A stretch of DNA of 62,854 nt, counting the filler, from Folioceros fuciformis (lineage: Eukaryota), in NCBI GenBank assembly GCA_049999805.1. It is 3 parts of 2 records of this genome, joined end to end, with 100 filler letters (N's around TTAATTAATTAA, not from the genome) between each part and the next. Parts side by side here need not be neighbours in the genome. Positions count along the whole stretch, not along the records: positions 23,435 to 53,826 come from JBNGIO010006255.1; positions 53,927 to 62,854 come from JBNGIO010006269.1; 1 more part is not named here. The stretch is one strand, 5' to 3'. Positions within the stretch are counted from its first letter, which is position 1. Every line of letters begins with the position of its first letter. Positions 45,801 to 57,696 of this stretch are shown one piece after another. The notes beneath the pieces were generated by a model, which was given only the letters and a program-made list of their open reading frames with translations, was not told the DNA's origin and searched no databases. The position numbers and the translations under genes are program-made.

Positions 45801-46086
45801 GGGTGCAGCTTCACCCTCCCAAACAGGTTGGTCCTGTCTTTTGCATCTTCCTGAGCACACGTTCCAGATGTGCTCCTGGCTTCCCTGAATCTGTAGGGGA
45901 AGGTTTGACGTTGGTCTGCTGAACCTATTGTGTGGGTTGCAGGGGGAAAGAAAGAAGCAGTTTACGGCATCAATTCCGGCGCCCATTCTGGCCCGAGTTC
46001 GAGAACTTGCTGCACTTCAGAACCAAGCCAGTGCAACTGTCAGCAGTGGCACAAGTCGCAGTGGCCGGGCTGTACATAGGAAATAG
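42817..46086 (+). CDS. TRF-like (telobox MYB) DNA-binding protein, TRFL8-like
   Basis: N-terminal RVVYKLVR|VGDDGSVLPATEDEVMQV motif; LDNLSIRELHATFRKTFNRETSVKDKLWLKRQIAMGL; MYB RRKHHRPWTPREVMTLVEGVARCGGGKWADIK...HRTAVDLK|DKWRNL; IPAPILARVRELA; TAG ends at 46086. Confidence 0.88.
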
Positions 46087-46569
46087 ATATAACTTTATTA
46101 GAGGACGCTATGTTAACTTCTACTTGACGGGTCTTCTATGATAAGTACCTGAATGTGATACCAGCAGAACCGGAGGGGGAGAACAGAGTGAGACCTGTCC
46201 CATCAGTACGAAGCCGTCCTTGGATGAATGGAGCCAGAAAATTGGTGATGGCTGATTTATATTTGTTGGGTTTATCAAGCCTAGTTCTCTTGAAAGGTGA
46301 TGCTGCTGGAGTGGTGGCTCTTCCAACAGGCTTATCGCCTTTGATGTGGTTGCTGGCAAGTTTTTTAGCAGGTGAATCGCACATAGCGTCTAGGAAGCTT
46401 GGGGATTGCTGCCAGCCTTTTCTTCTAGGTCAGCAAACTGGTTGGAAGGTGTGGTCACCAGTGCCAGTGAGTGGAAGGTTCAAGGCTCGCAGTCTTGCTT
46501 TCTCTTTACCAAGCCTTATGTAAGGAAATTCATGGTGCCCATCCTGTTTAGACATTAAATGTATTTATG

Positions 46570-48800
46570 TATCTTCAAGAAATGCAACTGTCTGCATTTG
46601 CCAGAAGAAGCGTAGTTGCGGATGTTACCCTCATCCATCTCTTTTCCTCCTGTAAAGATTCGACAGGAGCGCACGTGGGCATTTGAATTTTGCTGCATGA
46701 ATCTTTCCTCTCCAGCTCTCGAGTCATACACATGTCTGTTTTCCTTGAGGGTGCGGACTTCAGGTGAATACTGATATGTGGACCTGTGAATGACATGGCA
46801 GACGAAGGGGCATGTAGTGAAGACGAAGGATGTGCCCTGTCAATACCACACCGGGGTACAGATACACAGATCCACGGGTCTGGTCTGGTGTGGTCTGGGC
46901 TGGTCTGGTCTGTCTGGGGATGAGTTACTGGAGAAGGATACAGTATTGGACCCTGTGACTCTTCCGCGTACCTACAATTGAAGTATTATGCGGTGAAGTG
47001 GAGACAGACAAGAGGGAAGTATGTATTGGTAGGACAAATCCGGGCCTCCACACGCATCAAATCAAGCTCCAGGACCTTGCCCTCAAAGGAACGATTTGGA
47101 TCCCAACTGTCATTGGAAACTATCAGCCATTTCTCTTCACCATCACCACCAGCCTGTAAGTGTGCAAGTGTGGGAGATGGAAGGTCACCGCTCACTCACA
47201 TCCTTAGTGCTGGCCCTGCGTGGAATGTGGGCATGATGACGTTGCCAGTGATTACTGATACTTCACGTCGGCTACAATACGGACACACTGTTCTAAGTGC
47301 ATGCACTTCTTCTGTGAAGATCCCAGGCAGCGACTCGGGAGTCGCTTGATACGTGCCACCTTTTCCTCCGCACACACCAGTTACTCATCCATGTGGGACT
47401 CCCTAATCGTTGGACGGAGTCCACCGATGATACGTCTCCCCCCTGGAGCGCCACATTCAGATGAAGCAGCCAACCAGAAGATGCCAAGCCGGACGCACGT
47501 CAGTGCGTCAGTGCGTCAGTGCGTGCTGGGTGCAAAGCGCGTAAGTCCATCTTTTCGGGGGGCCCGGATCGACATGCGGAACCAGGGCAAGATCGTCGGG
47601 GCCCAATTTCTCAAATCCTGCCAACAAACCTTTTGAGACGTGGTGTGTCTCTTAGCCGCAACCCCCTTTCCCTCGCGGTCTATGTACAAGAAGACAAGCA
47701 AAAGTTCGTCGACCCCAACACCGTTGTACTGCAGTTTGTGCTCCATTGAGTACTACATTGTACCGTCTCATCATCGCATACCTTTGGTTGTCGTACTGAA
47801 TTCAGCCCATCCGTCCATAGTGTGTGGCCAATGTCCTGCCGCGCTTAGCTCACCTAGCATGGCACTTTTGTATGCTAGTTACTGCAACCTTTAGGAACCT
47901 CCACCAAAGAAACACAGCCATGACAGAAGAGGAAGAAAGCTCGTATTGCTAATAGCAAGCAAGCCTAGTTTTATTCCATCTAGAACGTTGCCGAAACTTC
48001 ATGAAACAAGAGCCGAGTGCAGGTGCAAGTTTCCAAGGTCACACATGCACCTAAGCTATGCAATGCATCTCCTTCGGGAACCCGATGGCAGGTCGGCGTC
48101 TACTTTATTGGCGGCCTGCCTTGTCTTGTGCGGCCCATGCGGGGTTTCTGGACATGAAATCCCTGGCAAAAACTTTCACAACATCAATCACAAGAAGCCT
48201 TTTGGCGCACATCCCAGCACACAAATTTCAGACGAGTGGTGGAAGGACGGCCGAGTTCTCTTACCTTCAACGTGTGGATCCCAAGGAAAGCGAGGATAAG
48301 TTGGACGGCGCTGTGCTCTTTCGAAGCATGAGCAATCTGATACAGCAAGGCTTTGGAGGGGATTTCCGGCGAGCCTTCGCTCCGTCCGGAGACACCACGT
48401 CCAACGCTTTATGGGAATGAGTGATGTCCAAGCCTGCAGAGAAAGACAGCGCGAAATGAGGGCCTAAAATTGGGCCGCGCTCCCGGCCCCGATACCGGGG
48501 TCCACGCCCGCCGGCCGGCCCTGGCGTTGTTGACTCACCGTCACGTAACCGGGAGCTGGGCCTGATGAGAACCCGGTTTAGGGCTCACAGCTCAGACGTG
48601 CCCGTTCATCGCCACTCGCGAAGCGCGGAAATACGTTTTCGATATGAAAGCGTGAACGGGTTGCAGCCTCTCTTCGCCTGCCTTTCGTGTCCTGCCGCAA
48701 GGCCGTGTCCTTCACCGACGCACGCGATCCCCGCAACAGAAGGCAGCGCCGCGCCTGCCCGCTGCCTCGCCACCACTTTTGAATTGTAGGGAACGCAGGG
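46570..48800 (-). ncRNA. Candidate multi-exon non-coding (or unrecognised) transcript divergent from the Cu-ATPase gene
   Basis: Minus-strand GT-AG pairs of typical size: 48538-48434 (G|GTGAGT...CTCTGCAG), 48264-48163 (AAG|GTAAGA...TTTTGCCAG), 47781-47680 (AAG|GTATGC...TTGTACATAG). No recognisable protein; ends are approximate. Confidence 0.3.
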
Positions 48801-49598
48801 TGCACCCTGCGTTCACCGTCCTGCTGCCGTTGCCGTGACCATTTTGGTTTCGGATCATGTCATCAGCTCGTCTGTCTGTCCGACGCCTGTCCTGCTTGTT
48901 GCGGTTACGACATTGAGTTGCGGTTGAGCTAGGTGAGGCGATACGGGTGTGCCCCTGATCCTTCAAGAAGCAATTTCTCAGCTTTGCTTGCCTCTGTCCG
49001 GCTTACATGGGATTGGGATTGGGATTGGGATTGAGATTGGGTTCGTGGACTGGATTCTGTCGGCTCGGCTGATACGACCTGATCTGGCACGCTCCCCGCC
49101 TGGCAATTGCGCAAGCTTGGCTTGGCTTGGCTTGGATTGGATTGGATTGGAGTCTTCCGGTGAGTTCCCCGGAGTTTTCGGGGCTTTGTTGTTGTGATCA
49201 GTGCATAAGACGAGGAGTGACGGCATTTTTTGAGTGCATGGCTTTCTGTTTGGATTGTGATTGCGCGAGTAGATTTTGCAGCTGTATCGAGCTTTGCAAA
49301 AGCTAGGGGCTCACGGTGCTCACGCGGCGTGCGTCGTTTCGGAAGAGAGAAGGACGTCGTCGTCAATTCCTCTCTGGCCGTTGTCTCAAGATTGAGTGCA
49401 TGATGATTTCTCTCCGCTGTGGATGACCGCTTCTAGGACCGGAGGCGCTGCTGAAAATTCTGTTTTGCGATATCGTGTTCTGGAGGATGTGTTTTACCTG
49501 TGCCGTCGACTCTTTTGCAGAAGGAATTCCTCTGACGTGAAATTCGCGGTGAGGGGGAGCTGGTCAGAACTTCCTGTCAGCTGCGAGAAAATCCAAGA

Positions 49599-52500
49599 AT
49601 GGCGTTAGGGAGTCATGCGGTTGATTTCGCGATAGGACGAGACAAGTCTTTCCAACGAGACAGGTCTGGAAGATCACTCGGACAGATTCGTGCAGATGGC
49701 ACGGAGTTGGTGCCTCTCTTTGCTACTCCGCGATACCCCTCCATGCCTCGGTTTTCGGGGCCACCCCCGCATGCTGACATTGAGGCTTCCCAACAGTGCA
49801 TAGTGACTTTCAAGGTCACAGGAATGGAATGCGCTGCGTGTGCTAGTTCCATAGAGAAAGCGGTGAAGCGGCTTCCAGGAATCGAGGATGCCACGGTTGC
49901 TGTTTTGCAAGACAAAGCTCAAGTCATCTACCACCCTGCTTTTGTACAGGTGAGCAGGCAGCAGGATGGCCAGTAGGTCAGCTTTTCTCGGAAGCACTTG
50001 ATAATTGGACACTTCTGGATTGGGATTTATCTGAATTTTGACCAACGGTGTAGCTCGGTGTGTTCCCGTGCATCACTAATTGCTTGTGATGTCATTCTAA
50101 CTTCGTTTGCCCTTCGTCATCGCAGGAGGAAACGATCAGGGAGGCTATCGAAGATGCTGGCTTTGGGGCAACCGTTATTGAGGATGTTCAAGGTCAAGTT
50201 GGGGTGACTGTCTGTCGTGTTCGGATTATAGGAATGACATGTACCTCCTGCTCAAGTGCAATTGAAAGTGGTTTGAAAAAGGCACCAGGAGTTAAAAGAG
50301 CTGCCGTTGCTCTTGCACTGGAACAGGCGGAGATTCATTATGACTCAAGGCTCACTGACGTGAAACAGTTGATTGACTTGATTGATGATCTTGGATTTGA
50401 GGCTGAGCTCATTAGCGCTGGGGAGGAGAGGAATCAGATTCAGCTCAAACTTGAAGGTGTTCATTCTCAAGATGCGATCAAGGTCATTGAGGTATCGCTG
50501 CAAGCACTGCAGGGCGTGAAGTCAGTCGAGGTAAATGAGAACGGGGAGAACTTGGTGATCTCGTATGATCCAGACCTAACTGGGCCCAGGTGCTTCATCG
50601 AAATCATCGAGCAAACTGGTCCTATTCCTGCTATGTACAAGGCCAGCTTGTATACAAAACCAGGACATGGGGGTCCTGATCGGAGCAAGGAAATAAGGCA
50701 ATACCGGACGGATTTCCTGTGGAGCTGTGTCTTCACAGTTCCTGTCGTTCTTCTTATGGTGTTTATGAACATTCCTGCACTTGGTCATGGCCTGGATACA
50801 AGGGTGGTCAACATGTTAAACATTGGAGAGATTCTGAGGTGGTTTTTGTCTACCCCCGTTCAGTTTATAATTGGGCGACGATTCTATGTGGGAGCCTATA
50901 AATCACTACGTCATGGAGCAGCCAATATGGATGTGCTAATCGCCCTTGGTACAAATGCTGCTTATTTCTATTCGGTCTATGCTGTTCTTCGCGCAGCAAC
51001 CTCTCCAACGTTTAAGGGCACTGATTTTTTTGAGACTAGTGCCATGCTTATTTCCTTCATCCTCCTTGGGAAGTACCTGGAGATCCTTGCAAAGGGGAAG
51101 ACCTCAGAAGCAATCGCTAAGTTGATGGACCTTGCTCCAAATACAGCAACTTTGGTCACCCTGGATGAGAGTGGGGCTGTTCTTTCTCAACGAGAAATCA
51201 GCTCAGAGCTTATACAACGCAATGACTTCATCAAAGTTGTACCGGGGGCGAAGGTTCCCACTGATGGTGTTGTGGTGGCTGGCCAAAGTCATGTCAATGA
51301 GAGTATGCTCACAGGAGAACCAAGGCCAGTACAGAAGGTGGTTGGTGACAAAGTTATAGGCGGTACTATGAATGAGAATGGGGTGCTAATTCTAAGGGCC
51401 ACCCATGTTGGTTCAGAGACAGCTTTATCACAGATAGTGAGGTTGGTGGAGGCAGCACAGATGGCGAAGGCACCTGTACAGAAGCTTGCTGATCGAATCT
51501 CGAAATATTTTGTACCTCTGGTAAGCACGATTTGCCAAGAATTATTCGTTCATGTCTCTGCAATTACTGTGGACAACATGATCTGTCGAAGCCTCTGCCG
51601 GGGACAGGGTATTCTCGTGTGAGTGTGTATAGAGTTGATGAAACAGGAACTAATCCAACTATCCTTGTGGTGAAGGTGGTAGTGGCTGCGTTCTTTACGT
51701 GGTTGGGCTGGTATGTTGCTGGGAGGGCTGGCTCTTACCCGAAGTCTTGGATCCCATCGTCCATGGATGCGTTTGAGCTGGCACTTCAATACGGAATCTC
51801 GGTATTGGTCATTGCGTGCCCCTGTGCATTAGGCTTGGCTACACCAACTGCTGTGATGGTCGCCACAGGGAAGGGGGCCGCACAGGGTGTGCTCATTAAG
51901 GGTGGAACTGCATTAGAAGGTGCACACAAGGTGCGTACCACAGTTCGAGTCTTGTGTTTCCGTCCATTATGTGAGAATGCCTGAAGTCATTTTGCTGCAA
52001 ATTGACTGCAGGCTGGTAACGGATTTCTTCTGCTTTGTGGTCTGTAGGTGCAATGCGTCGTGTTTGACAAAACCGGAACTTTGACAGAAGGCAAACCAGT
52101 GGTGGTAGGCACAAAGCTATTCAAGACTATTGCGCTGACAATGTTTTATGAGACTGTGGCATCTGCTGAGGTATGTGCTTCACGATCCTTTCTAGTTCAA
52201 ATGTAGTGAAAGGATGTAAGCAGCTGGTATCTTTTGGCATCATCTTTGTAGTTCATACTCTGATTATCACCCTCTCGTCCCCGTTTCAGTCGAATAGTGA
52301 GCATCCTTTGGCCAAAGCGATTGTGGCGTACTCCAAGGCACTTCTTAAAGAGGCCGCCTCAGACGTGTCACCTCATGTGGAAGCTTCAGGATTTGAGAAT
52401 GTGCCCGGTCAAGGCGTGCGATGCACGGTGTCTGGGAAAGAAGTGTTGGTGGGGAACCGCAGATTCATATCAGAGGCTGGCATTGATGTCTCGTTTTACG

Positions 52501-53320
52501 CTGATGACTTTTTACAAGAAACCGAGGCGTTAGCCAGAACCGGTGTGTTGGTTGCAATCAACAAAGAACTTGTTGGAGCTATAGCGATCTCAGATCCTGT
52601 CAAGCCAGAAGCTCCCGCAGTCGTTAGCATTCTCAAATCTATGGGTGTCAGAGTTCATATGGTGACAGGAGATAACTGGGGAACCGCGAATGCCGTTGCC
52701 AGGGAGGTTGGAATAGCCAATGTGATGGCTGAAGTGCAACCAGGCGGAAAAGCAGACAGAGTGAAAGAACTGCAGGTAAGTGGCTCGTGGGTGTTGCCGC
52801 ATGCTTGTCCCTAGACTGGTTCGTGGGCGTTTGGTGCATGCTTCTCTGGAGCTGCTTGATAATATTCGTCGTTGTCTGTGTACAGTCCCAAGGCCTCACA
52901 GTAGCTATGGTGGGTGATGGTATCAATGATTCTCCTGCTCTTGTCAGTGCCGATGTGGGATTGGCGATAGGAGCTGGTACCGATATTGCTATCGAAGCAG
53001 CGGATATCGTTCTAATGCGAAGCAATTTGGAGGACGTAATTACAGCAATTGACTTGTCGCGCAAAACATTCAGGAGAATCAGGCTGAACTATGTGTGGGC
53101 AATGGGCTACAATGTGCTTGGTATCCCTCTGGCTTCTGGCGCTTTGTACCCATTCACAGGATTTCGCCTTCCACCGTGGGTTGCAGGATTAGCCATGGCT
53201 TTGTCATCCGTCAGCGTCGTGTGCTCTTCTCTGTTGCTTAGATCCTATCGGAGGCCAAAAAGCTTGGACAAAATCCATTTTGTGGCAACCTTTCCTTCGC
53301 CTTCAGTTCTCCTGGGTTGA
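49599..53320 (+). CDS. HMA5: P1B-type copper-transporting ATPase, HMA5-like (multi-exon)
   Basis: Metal-binding domains GMECAAC and GMTCTSC, a third Cys-less HMA-like domain (PDLTGPR), [52 protein letters not shown] and MALSS Cu-type motifs. Confidence 0.93.
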
Positions 53321-53826
53321 ACGACGTGGTTGTATTCAGGAATCCTGGGCTGAGTCAAGTTGCAGGCCACCTTGGCCCAATGAATGATCCTGTGCATGTA
53401 TATTGTGTACTATGTGTGGGGCTCAAGAGCGTTTCCGATGAGTCCCGACGTCACAAGTGTGTGAAAGCATTTCAACAGTATTCAGCGTGCGTCATAGGGG
53501 GTTTCCGAGAAATGGTCGATTGAATTGTAACTAGTTTTTGGGGAAAATTTCAATCCATCCAAAACATAATGAAAAATAGGTCTTTGATTGTGTATGACAG
53601 ACACGAGAAAATGATATTAAAAGTTATATATCATAAACCATTATAATTTTGAAATTAAATTGAATTATTTTAATAAATAGAATATAAGTGAAATTGTAGA
53701 TAGAGTAATGGTATAAGGTGGTATAAGCGAAACAAGATGAAAGTTAAAAGTAAAAAGGCAAGATGAAAGTTAAAAGTAAAAAGGTGAAAGCTAAATCTAG
53801 AGCTGTGTTGATGAAGAAGCAAGTAT

Positions 53827-53926
53827 NNNNNNNNNNNNNNNNNNNNNNNNNNNNNNNNNNNNNNNNNNNNTTAATTAATTAANNNNNNNNNNNNNNNNNN
53901 NNNNNNNNNNNNNNNNNNNNNNNNNN
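53827..53926. other. Artificial scaffold-joining linker (N44-TTAATTAATTAA-N44)
   Basis: Same structure as 23335-23434. Confidence 0.95.
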
Positions 53927-56033
53927 GAGGGTCGCCGCAGAGGCCCGGATTGTCGGCGAAGATGCTGAGGTTAAGGAACTTCGCTTGCAGGCCACCTGGA
54001 ATGGGTCCTGACAGTTTGTTGCCGGACAAATTGACCTTCTTCAGGTTAGGCAATGCAAAGAAAAACGTACCAGGTATTTCTCCTGACAGAGAATTGTTCC
54101 TGAGATCCAAAACTTGGAGATCCTGAGGAAAGGTGTCTGGGATGGGACCGGACAGGTTGCAATGAGCCGCGTTGAACTGCACCAGGTCCGGCAGAACACT
54201 GAAAAGCTCAGCCGGTATTGTCCCCTCCAAATTGTTGTAGCTCACATCCAGGTTTTGGAGAGTGACAGGTAACCTTGGGGGAATAGGGCCAGATAACCTG
54301 TTGTTGGACAAGTTGAGGAATGTCAGTTTAGGCATGGAAATGTTGAACAGCATGCCCGGCACGGCTCCGTTCAGGTTGCAAGATGCGAGGTCCAGGATAC
54401 GCAAGGAGTCCAGACTGTTCTTGCCGGTACAATTGAGGGTGTCCGGCAATGGTATGCCCATGAGATTGGTACCCGCTAGCCGAAGTTCCGCCAGTGTGTT
54501 GAAAGTTTTGTTGGAACAACTTTTTTCCAGCATACTCTGCAAGGGATTGGAGAACCTCCCGGAAGGCGTCATGTTGAAATTGTTGTCGCTCAAGTCAAAA
54601 ACCCTCCCAAAGAACAGGTCGGGGATCCAGAGCAATTTGGTGAGGTCTCCACTGAATTGGTTGCCATGCACTCGGATTTGGCTGGTGGGTCCAACTGTAT
54701 GGATGAGCAGGTCAATCAAGTCACGAGACAATTGGTTGTTCTGAAGCCACAGTTGATGGAACTTGGTGAAGAACGGAGGGCCGAAGGAGGAAGGAACAGA
54801 ACCATCCAGCTGATTGTCACTCAGATCCAGGCTAACATTGGATGCATTACCTGGGATCATCCAGGGATTCTCGGGTATGCTGCCCACCAGAGAATTTCTG
54901 GAGAGATTTACCTGCAGGTACCCCTGTGCTACGCCAGAGCCACGAAGGCTAGGATATAGCAAAGAGGGAGGAATGCTGCCATTTAACTCATTTCCAGAGA
55001 GATCCACCCGTCCGCCGTCATGAATCACAAAGTTCGCAGGGATGGGCCCAGACAAGTTGTTGTGGGACAGGTTCAGCTGTGTCAGGTTTGGCAACGCCGA
55101 CAGGATAGGGCCATGCAGATGGTTCCATGACAAGTCCAGCACCGTAAGATGGAGAAACTGGAGGCCCCCGAAATCCGGTATTTGTCCCCCGAGTTGGTTC
55201 CAGGAAAGGTTCACCATCTCCAAACTAGATATAGAATTCATTAGGAAGAAGGCATCGGGGAAGTCTGTGAAATTGTTCAGGGCGGCATCCAGGGAGAGCA
55301 GATTTGGGGCAGTGGGCACCTCCCCGCGAAGACTGTTGTTGGTGAGCTTGAGATGAGTCAGGCGTGTAAGCCCTTCCAAATTGGGGATACTTCCGCTCAA
55401 GGAGTTATCTGACAGATCCAGCATCTCGAGTTTGCTGACGTTCACCAAATTCTCAGGAACGACTCCTGACAGTCTACCGCAGCCCCGGTCGGCATATAAA
55501 GATTGGAGGTCCCGTAGATCCTCAATGCCGTTGAATAAACACGCAGTTCCCGACACATCCAGCTGCTGCAACCCCTGGAAGAGGTGAAGGTAATCCTTGA
55601 ACAAGACGTTCGTCCGCAAACTGGGGTTGGAGGACAGGTTCAACACTTGGAGGCTCGCCAGGCCACTCAACGTGCTTAAATTTCTAGTGTGACCAGAAAG
55701 ACTGCAACCGGAGAAGTCGAGCATTTGCACAGCGGACTCACCGTTGCAAAGCACGCGAGTCCAACGACAAGGCGTATCGTCGCTATCGCTCCACTTTCCG
55801 AGGTCGTACTTGCACGCCCCAAGGTTACCACTGTTCGCCTTCGCAAAATTTAATAGGAGCTGTCCGTCGTCGGAGAGCTCGGCAAGTACTTTGCTGCCTA
55901 AACGGCATAACAGCAGGCTGCACATAAAGAGTGTTATGCACATCCGCAAGCTGACGCCGGCATGCGCACAACCCCCGCCAGAAGGAAGCCGCCGTACCCC
56001 AACCTGCGTTGTTGATGTTGCAAAGACCTTCAT
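53927..56033 (-). CDS. LRR receptor ectodomain (RLK or RLP; 3' part lost at scaffold end), paralogue of 57697-60963
   Basis: Signal-like LRMCITLFMCSLLLCRLG, LRRNT cap W..SDDTPCRWTRVLC, many LxxLDLSxNxLSGxIP repeats, C-cap FADNPGLCGDP running into Ns. The in-frame ATG (MK) at 56033 matches the paralogue's MK start. Confidence 0.9.
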
Positions 56034-56167
56034 ACCTGCTTGCAAAGCCGCACAAACTACTTCTTCTCTTGTTACGAGCAACGGCAAACGAAGGTCTGAT
56101 GCCACCCGACCCGCTTCCTCAGGCACCTCATGCAACCTTCCCTCCTCAGACGAAGGCAAGGCAAGCC

Positions 56168-57021
56168 CTTCACTTCCCCACCAAGGCAGGCTTCAAGTTG
56201 AAGTCATGTGCTCCCTGAAACCCACGTCACTGGNNNNNNNNNNNNNNNNNNNNNNNNNNNNNNNNNNNNNNNNNNNNNNNNNNNNNNNNNNNNNNNNNNN
56301 NNNNNNNNNNNNNNNNNNNNNNNNNNNNNNNNNCAGGCTTCAAGTTGAAGTCATGTGCTCCCTGAAACCCACGTCACTGGGATCCCTTACGAGCATTTTC
56401 ACAGACTTCTCCTCCACCTCTTTAGTATAGCATAGACGATTGACTCATGGGGACGGCCGGGCATTTTCTTTTTGCACCCAATCAAGTCCAGCTGTATGCC
56501 ACCGAAAATATGCAGAATATAGCGGCCGGCTTCTCCCAAGTCTGTACCATGATTTTACTTCACAGTCTCCACGATTTTGCACTCATTTGCAGGCTCGGGC
56601 AACCAGCCAGAGAAGGTGGACCTGATTGGGACTGAGAGGCCTTCACTTCCCCACCAAGACAGGCTTCAAGTTGAAGTCATGTGCTCCCTGAAACCCACGT
56701 CACTGGGATCCCTTACNNNNNNNNNNGTTGAAGTCATGTGCTCCCTGAAACCCACGTCACTGGGATCCCTTACTAGCATTGTCACAGACTTCTCCTCCAC
56801 ATCTTTAGCATAGACGACTGACTCAGGGGGACGGCCGGGCATTTTCTTTTTGCACCCAATCAGGTCCAGCTGCATGCCACCGAAAATATGCAGAATATAG
56901 CGACCGGCTTCTCCCAAGTCTGTACCAGGATTTTACTTCACAGTCTCCACGATTTTGCACTCATCTGCAGACTCGGGCAACCAGCCAGAGGAGGTGGACC
57001 GCCGAGTCTCAAGATCTTTGC
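56168..57021. repeat. Tandem ~326-bp repeat array directly upstream of the first LRR gene (interrupted by gaps)
   Basis: caggcttcaagttgaagtcatgtgctccctgaaacccacgtcactgg recurs at 56187, 56334 and 56660, with a partial copy at 56727. The two long copies differ by scattered substitutions. Confidence 0.85.
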
Positions 57022-57334
57022 TGTAGACAAGCTCCAGTTATGACGAGATGAAGAAGACGGGGACATAGCACCTCCGTCACCAACGTGTGAGGGTGGTCAT
57101 ACCCACTTTGAAGCCGATTGTGATAAACAGGGTTGGATTTGGCACTGAAGTGTATGACGTGTTTTTTTTTGTTCCGACAGGAGTGAGCAGCCACGATGCA
57201 GAGAGCACATGGGGACTGCCAGACGTTATTGTTACGGTTCGAGGTTTTAATGTAATGAATTCTACTGAGATCATGGATCAAGCAGGAGTGAAAGAACGCA
57301 GACGCAATAACAAGAGACCCACAAGAGCCACAGG

Positions 57335-57389
57335 AACCCTAAATCCTAAATGACAAGCAGCACATGCTTGTCATTTAGGGTTTAGGGTT
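57335..57389. repeat. 25-bp inverted repeat (hairpin) with plant telomere-type repeats at both ends
   Basis: aaccctaaatcctaaatgacaagca-gcaca-tgcttgtcatttagggtttagggtt; arms match 24/25. Confidence 0.9.
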
Positions 57390-57696
57390 TACCTCCCTCA
57401 TCAATCACCCATGAAGTATGATGGACGTATTGAGTATGTCCACAATTCGATTCGTGCAGTCTCGTCATGCTTTGCCAAGCACTATAATGTGGGTTTGTCG
57501 TAATCCGGTAGACGCATGGACCTCATCAGTTAGGTTGATCTGCTAGCATACAATAGTAATCACATATTACACGATATTGGATAATACTATACAAGAAATA
57601 TCAGCTGGTCTACAAGTTTCGGGAGACAACATTCAGTGCATCATGTCGTCCGCCACAACAGCAACAGCAAAGCAGCTCGCTACTAAAATATTGGAA

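Noticed and set aside
47922-47942. tgacagaagag matches the first 11 nt of miR156
   Set aside because: The rest diverges and no complementary star arm or hairpin is visible nearby.
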